The translations under genes were made by a program, and so were the position numbers. Shown here in pieces: positions 9,025 to 18,597 of a stretch of DNA of 64,000 nucleotides. Source of the DNA: a virus; the IMG/VR virus record IMGVR_UViG_3300025096_003363, positions 1 through 64,000 of that record, one strand, 5' to 3'. Within the stretch, counting starts at the first letter, position 1. The number at the start of each line of letters is the position of its first letter. The notes under the pieces were generated by a model. It did no database searches, was not told the origin of the DNA, and saw only the letters and a list, made by a program, of their open reading frames with translations.

Positions 9025-10829
9025 ACTACGGGCTCTTCTACTTCGACTTCAGTCTCGGCGACTTCCTCTGTATCGGCTTCACCAACGTCGGCTTCACCGC
9101 CGCCAAACTCTGGGATGCCGCCTTCACCGCCTCCTACACCAGCACCTTCACCACCAACAGCTGCTTCACCTTCTGCTAGCTCGCCGGCTAGAGCAGCTTC
9201 CTTCCAAGCAGGGCCAGCTGCTATAATATTAGCCAGCTCCCATTGCAATTCAGCATCTTTTCTTAAGAATTCTCTGTTAGCTAAGATATCTTTATCTTTC
9301 CACCCAAGATACTTTTTCTGGGCGTAAGTTGCAGAAACGAACTCATTACCTGCTAAATTGGTATAGTTACCGGCTTTAAGCTCGAGTCTCTGATTCTCTC
9401 TTAATTCATAGAAATTAGTAGGTACATTAAACTCGACTTCAATATTCTGTTCAGTAAGTTCTAATTTCTCAAATGTACCCATTAAGGTTAAATGAGTGAT
9501 AAATCCTTTTTTAAGGCCAGCAGCAAATCTTTGCTGTTGTCTCATTACAAACCTCGCAAATTTAAGTTCTTCTCTTAAAATTGTCGACCCGTCAACAGAA
9601 GCTTGGTCTTGAGGATCTAATCTAGCAGCAGGTACTTTAAGCGCTCTATACAGCTTTTTAATAAAGTACATTAGGTCAGATAATTCGCCTAAATTAGCAC
9701 CACCTGCTAATTGATCGACCGTTGTACCGTCTGATCCCTGACGTTTAGCAAACCAAAACGCATCAAGCATTGATTGTGGATTAAATTTCTTTACGATATC
9801 GTCTTGATCAATATCGAATGTCTTTCTCGACCAATAATTTTGAATAAGCTTTTTAAGATATGCTTCAGCTTTTGGTGGAGGCATATTACCAACATCAACA
9901 TTAAAGACCAATCTTTCTGGCGCTCTCACTAGGCGATAGATAACAATAGCATCCTCAATTAAAGATAATTGTCTATACGGGCGTCTAGCATTTTCTAAGA
10001 AAGGTATAATAAAATTCTTTGTTTCGTTGTACACACCAGAATTAACATACATAATCTGGTTTTGATCCATGGGAATAAATTCAACCTTTTCGACTTTATT
10101 TGGCTGAGTAGGACTAAAAATTGGCTTTTTATAAATATACCCTTTAACAAGCATATTTTGTATATTATTATATACCGGGTCAATAATCTCTGAAGGCAAG
10201 TTAATAACACCTAATACACCGTCCTTAACAAACCCTTCGTGAATTATTTGCTCAAAAAATACTTCTCCTTCAACCAATAATTGCCTAAAGTATTGCCATC
10301 CTTTGTTTTTAAGGTCATAATATTCTACATATCTATGAAATTGGGTTTCTAATTCACCTTTTTCATCTAAGGTTAGATCAACCTCTTTTAATTGTAGATT
10401 AGTGATCCACCCTGTTTCATCCGGATTAATGGTCTCGTCACAGATCTCGTCTAACGCATCAGATATCTCTGAATAAGCAGCCATTATCCTATAATCTCTT
10501 AACCTACCAACTTTATCATCGGATATGTTTGCATACATAACGTCACCGAAAGATGAGTCTTTAGCGAAATCACCTATAGGAATGTTGTTGTATGGGTTAG
10601 AAGAAGATACGGAAGCTTTAGCTAAGGCTTCTGCCCTTCTCATACCAGCTTTTTGAAAGAACTTGTACTTAGGATTTAATGCGTCGTTTTCTTCGCGTGC
10701 GTCTGTCGAATAGGGTAGCCTATTCTGGATGTATTGCATTAAATTTCTTCCAAAAGTGGCTGCACGACCGTCATTCGTTACATAGGAGCGGTTTTGACTT
10801 GAACTTGTTGTTGATCCGGATCCAGGCAT
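9021..10829 (-). CDS. gp20: Portal protein (gp20-like) with an acidic Gly/Glu tail
   Basis: EDAIVIYRLVRAPERLVFNVDVGNMPPPKAEAY, LYRALKVP and REELKFARF motifs. Confidence 0.96.
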   Translation of the reverse strand: MPGSGSTTSSSQNRSYVTNDGRAATFGRNLMQYIQNRLPYSTDAREENDALNPKYKFFQKAGMRRAEALAKASVSSSNPYNNIPIGDFAKDSSFGDVMYANISDDKVGRLRDYRIMAAYSEISDALDEICDETINPDETGWITNLQLKEVDLTLDEKGELETQFHRYVEYYDLKNKGWQYFRQLLVEGEVFFEQIIHEGFVKDGVLGVINLPSEIIDPVYNNIQNMLVKGYIYKKPIFSPTQPNKVEKVEFIPMDQNQIMYVNSGVYNETKNFIIPFLENARRPYRQLSLIEDAIVIYRLVRAPERLVFNVDVGNMPPPKAEAYLKKLIQNYWSRKTFDIDQDDIVKKFNPQSMLDAFWFAKRQGSDGTTVDQLAGGANLGELSDLMYFIKKLYRALKVPAARLDPQDQASVDGSTILREELKFARFVMRQQQRFAAGLKKGFITHLTLMGTFEKLELTEQNIEVEFNVPTNFYELRENQRLELKAGNYTNLAGNEFVSATYAQKKYLGWKDKDILANREFLRKDAELQWELANIIAAGPAWKEAALAGELAEGEAAVGGEGAGVGGGEGGIPEFGGGEADVGEADTEEVAETEVEVEEPVV

Positions 10830-10835
10830 TATATA

Positions 10836-10843
10836 TATTTATA
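10836..10843 (-). promoter_or_regulatory. gp55-type late promoter TATAAATA (portal); representative of ~16 TAAATA sites
   Basis: Exact T4 late consensus 6 nt before the ATG. Confidence 0.8.
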
Positions 10844-12059
10844 CTAATTTAAGGATAGAGCTACTGGCTTGATAGGAAGTTGCCCAGCCAGCCTCGTTTC
10901 CAGTTACAATTGTAAATTCACCAGCTTTGGCAGCACTGAGCGAAGATGCGGGGAAGAAGAAGTTAACTACATTATCGTTAACAACTTTATAAAAATTATT
11001 ACCAAGCTCGTAACCACTAATTGTTGAGTTTTTAGCTGAAGTTATCGCTGTGTAGTTGGTATAGAAACTAGTAACATATGAACTTAAATAAAACTTATTA
11101 TCTGCGTCAAATCTTTTTCCGTATAAAATAAAGTTATTAGCGTCACCGCTGGTGATTTGTGTTAATGTTCCTAGAGGAAAATCATTAATTGCTTGATATG
11201 TACCGGTTGTCGCGTAAAAAATATTAGTAAATTCAGGTATACCTGATACAGTAATTGTCTCTGTGTAGTTTGTGTTTACTGTCGACTGTTGTGCTGAAAC
11301 GCCCGTGTGATAACTAGATAATCGTGCGTAGCCTAATTCTTGATACGTATTATCTTGAACGGGTAATGTAGGATCAAGTGGTGAGTAAATTTTGTTAGCT
11401 AGATCAACGGCTATAAAATTATTATCTATCTTGAAAATATTACCTGATGTATCTTTCTGCTCAGGAAACAACCATCCTTTAATAGTAAATGATGTATCAA
11501 CTGTTACTCTAAATTTATCATTATATGTAGTATCTGTAGGCGTATCATAAGTTAGTTCACCATTCCACAAAACTTCACTTCTTATTTCTTGTGGGTATTG
11601 AGCTCCAAAATCATCCGGTACCTGCCAGGTTAGGATAATATACGGGTTGTTATACGGTACAAAGTTTGAAACGATCTGATCAACATCTTGCATATATCTT
11701 GCAAGAATTGTCATATTGACTTCCAGGTTAACTGGAACGGGCATTAAAAACTTCGAAGAAGCTTTTGGGTTATCTATTTTTTGAACTGGTACGTATGACG
11801 GAGCTAATTTATTAAACACTCTATCATTATCACGTGTCACTGAAGCTAAATTAACTGCCACGACCGGGAGAGTTAAGTTTTGAGCTTTATTTAATATATC
11901 ATACATTACTCTTTGCTTAGGAGCAAAGACATATCGGACCTCAATATTTGATTCAGGATTTCTATTTTTATTGTATCTACTAATAACAGTATTATCAAAC
12001 GCGGCGATAAACTGCGTTAGAAGATCTTTTATTTCAAAATGAAATGCTCGGTTCTTCAT
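10839..12059 (-). CDS. gp15: Tail sheath stabiliser / tail terminator (gp15-like) with a C-terminal extension
   Basis: FIAAFDNTVISR, VFAPKQR, TLPVVAV, MPVPVNL, QIVSNFVPY and FTIKGWLF motifs. Confidence 0.8.
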   Translation of the reverse strand: MKNRAFHFEIKDLLTQFIAAFDNTVISRYNKNRNPESNIEVRYVFAPKQRVMYDILNKAQNLTLPVVAVNLASVTRDNDRVFNKLAPSYVPVQKIDNPKASSKFLMPVPVNLEVNMTILARYMQDVDQIVSNFVPYNNPYIILTWQVPDDFGAQYPQEIRSEVLWNGELTYDTPTDTTYNDKFRVTVDTSFTIKGWLFPEQKDTSGNIFKIDNNFIAVDLANKIYSPLDPTLPVQDNTYQELGYARLSSYHTGVSAQQSTVNTNYTETITVSGIPEFTNIFYATTGTYQAINDFPLGTLTQITSGDANNFILYGKRFDADNKFYLSSYVTSFYTNYTAITSAKNSTISGYELGNNFYKVVNDNVVNFFFPASSLSAAKAGEFTIVTGNEAGWATSYQASSSILKLV

Positions 12060-12076
12060 GCGTACTTATATATTTA

Positions 12077-13714
12077 TTACAGAAACCTGTCGATGAAATA
12101 TTTCGGTAACTTATGCTTATTATTTACAACACTTTCTACAACAGCTCCATCTAGTATATAGGTTGTACAATAGTCTTTTTTAGATCTAACACCCCGACCA
12201 CATGACTGAATCACCGAACATAGCATTTTATTCGAATACCAGTTAAAGTCATCTTTCATTAATCTTTCAATCCTCTTATCTTTTGTTGGTAAATAAGGCG
12301 CTTTAACAATAATTTGAAATCTAGCCAAATTATCTTTTAAATCTACACCACGAGACAAAGAGGGAGACACTAGCACTGTTGGCGCGGGGTTGGCTAAATG
12401 CTGCTCTATTATCATTTCGTTATTTACACCCGGCTCTCTAGCTAGAAATCTCTCATCAGTTAATTGATTTGATAAAAACGACGTTATAGTATTATTATGT
12501 GTGTGTATAATACCTTTATCATTTTTATGAAATTCACAAATTTGCTTTATTTGTTTTACTATCTTAGGTAAGCTTCGCTTTAAATTATGATAGTTTAATT
12601 TAACTTTTGTTGTGCAGTATATTGGAGCGTTTTTTGCATCAAAAGATGACTCAGCTTCCACATACTTAAATTTATCTATACCTAAGCTCTTACAAAAATT
12701 TGAAGGGTCAATAATTGTAGCTGACATTAATACTACCTTATCAGCATATTTAAATAAGTGGTTAGAAAGCTTGTTTACTTTCAACGGCATAAATGTAATA
12801 CCATCTTTACTAGTTTCAAAAAGATATTCGCTATCATTCCACGTATCAATAATTAATGAAAGCTTTGAGTGGAGGTTCCGTATACCCACTATTTGTCGTC
12901 TTGTTTCAATTAGAAATTTTTTATTATTAGTATTACCACTACTAATAATATCGCGGAGTTGATCTATCTTATCGCTCAGATCTAATAATAAATTGTTAAT
13001 CCACTTTATAACATTAGCACTGTTTTTAGAATAGAATGGCCTTACTAATATATCCATTCTTTTTAACATTTCAAAATTAATGTCGCAAGAAAATTCTTTA
13101 ACTAATTGATCTTCTAGTTCAGCGGCTTCATCACAAATTAAGAACTGTCTCTTTTTTATATGATTAGGCAACGAAAAGAACATGTTATAATTTAACGCTG
13201 CAAATTTGTTTATTAGAGCATCTCTACGGTCGTTATGATAGGTGCACTTATGCCTTCTTCTATGATCCTCTAATATATTCTTAGGCATAATCAATGATTC
13301 TAACTCAACATCAATATTTGAATCAATTGTACTAATGTAGTTACTCTTACCTTTAAGTATAGTTGTATCTTTAAATAGATCTCTATATTGATCTTGTAGA
13401 GCTTTTGTTATAGTAAGTGCAAACGCGCCGGGTGGATCTTCTTCTTCGCACTCTTCTTCGTGTATATATGAACCTGTTTGGTCTATTTTAAATGCTGTGT
13501 AGGATGTTATTAGATCCTTAAAATTGGAAGACGATTCTGTTGAGGCGTTCGCGAGAGTTTTTGATATAAAGCTTTTGCCCGACCCGGTAGGCGCATTGCA
13601 TACTACAAATTTGTAACCGTCGTCGAAAGCTTGATCGATATTTTTTAGTAGCTTTACTTGCGCGGAGTTGGGAGTATACCCTTCTGGAAAAACTTTTAAT
13701 AAACCACCTAACAC
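12077..13714 (-). CDS. DinG/XPD-family SF2 helicase
   Basis: APTGSGKS, DEAAELE, MSAT, GVDL and QSCGRGVR motifs. Confidence 0.88.
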   Translation of the reverse strand: MLGGLLKVFPEGYTPNSAQVKLLKNIDQAFDDGYKFVVCNAPTGSGKSFISKTLANASTESSSNFKDLITSYTAFKIDQTGSYIHEEECEEEDPPGAFALTITKALQDQYRDLFKDTTILKGKSNYISTIDSNIDVELESLIMPKNILEDHRRRHKCTYHNDRRDALINKFAALNYNMFFSLPNHIKKRQFLICDEAAELEDQLVKEFSCDINFEMLKRMDILVRPFYSKNSANVIKWINNLLLDLSDKIDQLRDIISSGNTNNKKFLIETRRQIVGIRNLHSKLSLIIDTWNDSEYLFETSKDGITFMPLKVNKLSNHLFKYADKVVLMSATIIDPSNFCKSLGIDKFKYVEAESSFDAKNAPIYCTTKVKLNYHNLKRSLPKIVKQIKQICEFHKNDKGIIHTHNNTITSFLSNQLTDERFLAREPGVNNEMIIEQHLANPAPTVLVSPSLSRGVDLKDNLARFQIIVKAPYLPTKDKRIERLMKDDFNWYSNKMLCSVIQSCGRGVRSKKDYCTTYILDGAVVESVVNNKHKLPKYFIDRFL

Positions 13715-13720
13715 ACTTTA

Positions 13721-14071
13721 TTATATTGTGGATTCTTCAGATGGCAATATATAGACGAGATTATCGTACAGTTTAGATTTTAAGGAACTATCTAGAAACT
13801 TAACCATAGTCATTTGTGGCCTTGGAATAAATGAACTTAGTTGGTAGTTTAATACACCCTTACCTTCTTCATGATGCATTTTAAACGGGTAGGGTATTTC
13901 GTATGACTTTATAGAGTCGTTAAACTCTAAAGTTAAATTTATATAATATTGTTTTATTTGAAAAATTTTAAGCTTTCCTCGCTTTAGAACTTTTTTATCT
14001 GTTCTTATTACTATTTCTTGTAACAAGAATGGTTTTAAAAAATCTGTTACTTTCTCTAAGCTTAGGTTCAT
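13721..14071 (-). CDS. Hypothetical protein
   Basis: 116-aa ORF overlapping its upstream neighbour by 4 nt. Confidence 0.7.
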   Translation of the reverse strand: MNLSLEKVTDFLKPFLLQEIVIRTDKKVLKRGKLKIFQIKQYYINLTLEFNDSIKSYEIPYPFKMHHEEGKGVLNYQLSSFIPRPQMTMVKFLDSSLKSKLYDNLVYILPSEESTI

Positions 14072-14445
14072 GAATTCATAAAATTAAATTTTTGTTTTGC
14101 TGACATTGGATATATATTTTCATTAAAATATACCCAAAAATCATCATTAGCGGGGATCTCTTGTATTAAATCGCATTGATTCATATTAATATTTCTATAA
14201 TCTTGCATTAATATGTCCCATGCAACGGCTAAGTGATCCGGACCTAAATATGCCTTAGGTGGGCCTTTAGGCGGAAAATAGTTAAGCGAAATTCTACCAT
14301 TAATAGAGTTTAGTAAGGATAATGATTTTGTACAAAGCATTCTTCTCGTAGTAGCTTGTCCAGTTTTAATTATTCTACGAGCGAATCTTATTTCACAAAC
14401 ATTATCCAACAAGAGAGAATCAAGAGCTGCTTTTTGTATTATCAT
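14068..14445 (-). CDS. WYL_2/DUF2693-like Sm-fold phage protein
   Basis: 'CEIRF..RRMLCT...VAWDILMQDYRNI' pattern; start placed at MIIQK. Confidence 0.55.
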   Translation of the reverse strand: MIIQKAALDSLLLDNVCEIRFARRIIKTGQATTRRMLCTKSLSLLNSINGRISLNYFPPKGPPKAYLGPDHLAVAWDILMQDYRNINMNQCDLIQEIPANDDFWVYFNENIYPMSAKQKFNFMNS

Positions 14446-14851
14446 CTTTCTCTTTACAGATTCCAAACATTCTTTCTTCGTTTAAAAAGATGCCCTTCTC
14501 TACTGTCCCTTTACCTAGTACTGTGGCGCCTGTGATTGTAACACCCATGTTATTTGGGAAGAGAACAATGTCGCCTTCTTTAGCGTACTTTGCTTTAGGT
14601 CCAGCTAGAATAACCCTACCTTTACGCCAGGCCATTGTTATTTGATTAGTGGGAATTAATATTCCGTTTCTTTCAATCGCATCAGTACCGTTATTAAAAT
14701 CTTCTGCTAGATCAACATACTCAATTAATAAAATATCATCAAAAAGGAAAGTTAAATCATAGTCTTGCAGTCCAAAGTCCCCTTTATCGGATTTTGTTAA
14801 GTCGATTAAACTTCTTGTTGGAGCTAAATTATCTATAGATGCCATTGCCAT
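14420..14851 (-). CDS. GroES-like co-chaperonin (functional analogue of T4 gp31)
   Basis: DDILLIE, NGILIP, GRVILAGP..KEGDIVLF and FLNEERMFG match the GroES pattern. Confidence 0.8.
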   Translation of the reverse strand: MAMASIDNLAPTRSLIDLTKSDKGDFGLQDYDLTFLFDDILLIEYVDLAEDFNNGTDAIERNGILIPTNQITMAWRKGRVILAGPKAKYAKEGDIVLFPNNMGVTITGATVLGKGTVEKGIFLNEERMFGICKEKDDNTKSSS

Positions 14852-14869
14852 GACTCTATTTAACAAGCT

Positions 14870-15769
14870 CTATGATTTAATCCAACCTTCTAGATCAACA
14901 CTAGGCTTATAATTAAGAAGCTTATTACTTTTTGTTAAATCAGCTAACGTCTCACGTGCCTCACCTGGTCGGTTAGGAATGTACTCTGTCTCGCCGCCAA
15001 TAATATCTGCAACATCTAACACGCTGTAATTTTTACCACAACCAACATTAAATACTTCACCTAAAATATCCGGATTGTCGCTGGTGGCTGCTAATATATT
15101 AGCATTAACTACATCTCCAACATATGTAAAGTCTCTTGCCTGTTTACCGTCACCCACGATAGTCAGAGGCACTCCTTGTTCTTTTTGTTTCTGAAAAATA
15201 CCAATAAGAGGTGCGTATTGACCCTTTAAAGGCTGTCGCTCCCCGTAAACATTAAAGTATCTAAAAATAACAGTTTCTACATCGAAGAGATTAAAATACA
15301 TCTTACATAAGTCTTCTGCAGCAGCTTTCGAAACAGAATATGGATTAAGACAGTCTCTTGGCATATCTTCTTTTAAGGGGCACTTGTTACTAAGACCGTA
15401 TACAGAAGATGTTGAAGAAAACATAAATCTTTTAACACCATACTCCCTACTTTGTTGCAACATATTACATGTGCCTACAACATTAACGTCACAGGATTCG
15501 ATAGGGTTCTTAATAGCAATTGGAATTCGTGAATGAGCTGCTAAATGAAAAACATAATCAGGTTTAAAATCCGCAAATACCTTACTACACTCTCTTTGAT
15601 CTGTAATGTTTATTAAGTGATTTTGTGCTTTTTCGTTCCAGTAAAATTGTGCGTTTACTTGTGAACTTTCATTATCAATTACTGCCACTTCGTATCCATC
15701 AGATAGAAGTTGATCGACTAAATTAGACCCGATAAACCCGGCTCCCCCTGTTACTAGTGCTCTATTCAT
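14870..15769 (-). CDS. NAD-dependent nucleotide-sugar epimerase/dehydratase (GalE/WcaG-like)
   Basis: TGGAGFIG, YSVSK (YxxxK), RYFNVYG and RDFTYV motifs. Confidence 0.93.
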   Translation of the reverse strand: MNRALVTGGAGFIGSNLVDQLLSDGYEVAVIDNESSQVNAQFYWNEKAQNHLINITDQRECSKVFADFKPDYVFHLAAHSRIPIAIKNPIESCDVNVVGTCNMLQQSREYGVKRFMFSSTSSVYGLSNKCPLKEDMPRDCLNPYSVSKAAAEDLCKMYFNLFDVETVIFRYFNVYGERQPLKGQYAPLIGIFQKQKEQGVPLTIVGDGKQARDFTYVGDVVNANILAATSDNPDILGEVFNVGCGKNYSVLDVADIIGGETEYIPNRPGEARETLADLTKSNKLLNYKPSVDLEGWIKS

Positions 15770-16121
15770 ATTCTTTTATATAGTGTTTGAGTTCTCTAAC
15801 GGAAATATTTTTATTTTTTGCAAAAGCAGATAAATCTATTTCTTCTTCCTGTTTCTTTTTTTTCTTAATGTACGTTATTTTTTTCCATTTAAGCCGTGGT
15901 ATAAGATGGTAATAGAGTCGATAAGATTGTTGCTTATCATCAAAAATAACGCTAAATTTATTAACTGTTTCGTTTGTAAAAACAGACATATCATTATTGT
16001 AAAAAGAAAGCCATCTATTAAACAGAAATGGAACAAATGCATCCTCACCTTCCGTGTCTAATTCCCCCGCTTTATCTTTTTTTGAATAAAATAGTTTATT
16101 TTGTAGTTGAAAGAAGTTCAT
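15762..16121 (-). CDS. gp62: Clamp loader small subunit (gp62-like)
   Basis: FVPFLFNRWLS..D..VFTNETVN, QQSYRLYYHLIP and a Lys-rich stretch resemble gp62 of T4-like phages. Confidence 0.7.
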   Translation of the reverse strand: MNFFQLQNKLFYSKKDKAGELDTEGEDAFVPFLFNRWLSFYNNDMSVFTNETVNKFSVIFDDKQQSYRLYYHLIPRLKWKKITYIKKKKKQEEEIDLSAFAKNKNISVRELKHYIKEYE

Positions 16122-17098
16122 AGTTTTTTGTCCCAATATTCAATCATCTCATCAATCATTTGCTCGAAAGTACACTCTGGCGTCCACCCTAAAGTCTTTT
16201 TTATTTTCGAACTATCGCCTTTAAGATTGCATAATTCTTCTGGTCGTAAAAATTTTTGATCTGTTTTTACACAATCTTTATTTAATTTAAGCCTGGAAAA
16301 TGTGTAATCAACTAGATCTCTTACTGAATGTGATATACCTGTAGCGCATACGAAATCATCCGGCTTGTCGTGTTGTAAAATCATCCACATTGCCTTAACA
16401 TAATCCCTAGCATGGCCCCAATCTCTCGTCGCGTCTAAATTTCCTAACGCTAATTCATCCTTAATTCCTCTTTTAATTTGAACAGCTGTTTTTACAACCT
16501 TTGAAGTTACAAAGTTGCTTCCCCTTCTAGGAGACTCATGATTAAAAAGGATGCCGTTTGCGGCAAATAGGTTATATGACTTACGATAATTCTTACATAT
16601 GTTATATGAAAAAACTTTAGAGCAACCATATGGAGATACCGGGTTCATAGGTGTAGTTTCTCGTTGATACCCGTCGCTGTCTACACTATTACCGAACATC
16701 TCTGAAGAAGATGCTTGATACATTTTTATTGTAGGATCAATTATCCGGATCGCTTCCAATAAATTTAAAGTACCAACTCCTGTGCTTAATGTAGTATATA
16801 TTGGTTGATCGAAGCTAATCCTAACATGGGATTGAGCAGCTAGATTATATACTTCAGTTGGTCTGCTTTTATGAATTGCGGATATTAGCGAAGATAGATC
16901 ACATAAATCTGCATAAAACAAATTGTTCCTTATCTCTTTATATACGTTATCTAACCTAGCAGTCTGATTTTCTGAAACTGAATTACGTTTAATGGTACCA
17001 AATACTTCATACCCTTTATCTAATAAAAATTCCGCTAAGTATGAGCCATCCTGCCCGTTAATACCCGTAATTAATGCTCTATGTCCGTGCGTCTTCAT
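16118..17098 (-). CDS. gmd: GDP-mannose 4,6-dehydratase
   Basis: ALITGINGQDGSYLAE, LAAQSHV, YQASSSEMFG, NHESPRRG and RDWGHARDY motifs. Confidence 0.96.
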   Translation of the reverse strand: MKTHGHRALITGINGQDGSYLAEFLLDKGYEVFGTIKRNSVSENQTARLDNVYKEIRNNLFYADLCDLSSLISAIHKSRPTEVYNLAAQSHVRISFDQPIYTTLSTGVGTLNLLEAIRIIDPTIKMYQASSSEMFGNSVDSDGYQRETTPMNPVSPYGCSKVFSYNICKNYRKSYNLFAANGILFNHESPRRGSNFVTSKVVKTAVQIKRGIKDELALGNLDATRDWGHARDYVKAMWMILQHDKPDDFVCATGISHSVRDLVDYTFSRLKLNKDCVKTDQKFLRPEELCNLKGDSSKIKKTLGWTPECTFEQMIDEMIEYWDKKL

Positions 17099-17984
17099 AG
17101 TTCTTATTAAACCATTCAACTGTTTCTTCTAGACCTTCTCTTAAACCTGTAAATTTAAAATCAGTAAATAACTCTCTTACTTTAGAATTATCTGTTGGCT
17201 TTTTATACTGACCATCAGGCTTGTCTGTATTCCAAACAACCTTACCTTCGAATTTAAACACATCTACTAAAATATCAACAACTTCCTTAATAGAGATTTC
17301 TTCACTTGTTGATAGTATTACCGGAGCTGTTCCTTTATATTCATCAAGCAACCTTTCAGTTAATACAGCTACATCTTTAGCAAAAATAAACTCCCTCAAG
17401 GGCTTACCAGTTCCCCATACTTCAAAATCTGTATTATGCTTTTTTGACAAATACATTTTATGTACAAGCATAGGAATTACATGTCCATGTTGTAAAGAAA
17501 AATTATCACCGGGTCCGTAAATGTTTGTTGGAATGACACAAAAATACTCTTTACCGTACTGCTCGTTGATAGTTCTTATTTGAACTTCAGACATTCTTTT
17601 GGCGTATGCATATCCAAAATTTGATTCATGTGGAGGCCCATCGTGAAGGTACTCTGGCCTTATAGGATATTTTACTACACTAGGAAAAATACATGTGGTT
17701 AAAAAGCAAGCTAACCTCTTAACATTATTTTTACGACTCTGTTCAATAACGTTAGTGTTAATACTGATATTTTCATAAAAATAATCAGCCTTGTAGGTCA
17801 TATTCGAGCCTAAACCACCGACCCTAGCTGCTGTGTGAATAACTCGGTCTGGTTTTACCTTTTCAAAAAGATCTGTTGTTTGACTATTGGATATAAGATC
17901 GTAATCCTTGGAAGATACTTTAATAAAATCTTTATTAAAATGACTCCCAACTAATCCAGTTCCTCCGGTTACTAGTGTACTCAT
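17079..17984 (-). CDS. fcl: GDP-L-fucose synthase
   Basis: TGGTGLVG, AARVGGLGSN, YAYAKR, PTNIYGPGDNF, WGTGKPLREF and KPDGQ motifs. Confidence 0.94.
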   Translation of the reverse strand: MSTLVTGGTGLVGSHFNKDFIKVSSKDYDLISNSQTTDLFEKVKPDRVIHTAARVGGLGSNMTYKADYFYENISINTNVIEQSRKNNVKRLACFLTTCIFPSVVKYPIRPEYLHDGPPHESNFGYAYAKRMSEVQIRTINEQYGKEYFCVIPTNIYGPGDNFSLQHGHVIPMLVHKMYLSKKHNTDFEVWGTGKPLREFIFAKDVAVLTERLLDEYKGTAPVILSTSEEISIKEVVDILVDVFKFEGKVVWNTDKPDGQYKKPTDNSKVRELFTDFKFTGLREGLEETVEWFNKNYEDART

Positions 17985-18562
17985 ACAATTACTTTTGTAG
18001 TCGCAGTAAATTGATCTCTAACTTCATTATTGAAATAATCTATTACTGCTTCCATAAATTCTTTAGTCGCTTTTTTTGTTAATCCTGAGGAGTAAGCGAA
18101 AGCCGGGGCTTTCTCACCGGCGACAATATTAATACCGGTATGGCCAACAGCGATATTATCTTTTGAGTAGGTAATAGAAACACTTACCTTACCAGATTGT
18201 CTCACTTTATCATCAGCGCCTACAAACTCATCTTGTACAAGGAGATCGTCGCCATCTATTACAATCGGTTTTTGAATAATATTAGATAAAATATTAGCTA
18301 TAGCTGTATTTAACAGCCGTTGAAAGGAAACAGCTCCAAACGGACATAAGTTTGGGATCTCCCAACAGAAATTTATTGCATCCTGACTGTGAATAAAATC
18401 ATTACTTAATGAATCCTCTAAATCAATTAGAGCGTCAGATACATACATTGGGGATCTAAACGCAACAATATTACCGCATGGCGACACTTCTTTTCGAAAA
18501 AACTTATAAGCAAATCTTTCATGAATTAACTTACCGTCATATACGCTTTGTGTAACTATCAT
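17981..18562 (-). CDS. DUF366-like protein (biotin/lipoate ligase-like fold)
   Basis: YDG..I, IVAFR.P, IDLED, FQRLL, GDDL, KVSVSI and HTGINI match my recollection of DUF366. Confidence 0.7.
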   Translation of the reverse strand: MIVTQSVYDGKLIHERFAYKFFRKEVSPCGNIVAFRSPMYVSDALIDLEDSLSNDFIHSQDAINFCWEIPNLCPFGAVSFQRLLNTAIANILSNIIQKPIVIDGDDLLVQDEFVGADDKVRQSGKVSVSITYSKDNIAVGHTGINIVAGEKAPAFAYSSGLTKKATKEFMEAVIDYFNNEVRDQFTATTKVIV

Positions 18563-18569
18563 ATTTAAT

Positions 18570-18597
18570 ATTATATTATAAATATGTTGAGGTTCAA
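18570..18597 (-). promoter_or_regulatory. Sigma70-type promoter of the DUF366-fcl-gmd-gp62 operon
   Basis: TTGAAC-N16-TATAAT, 7 nt before the ATG. Confidence 0.7.
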
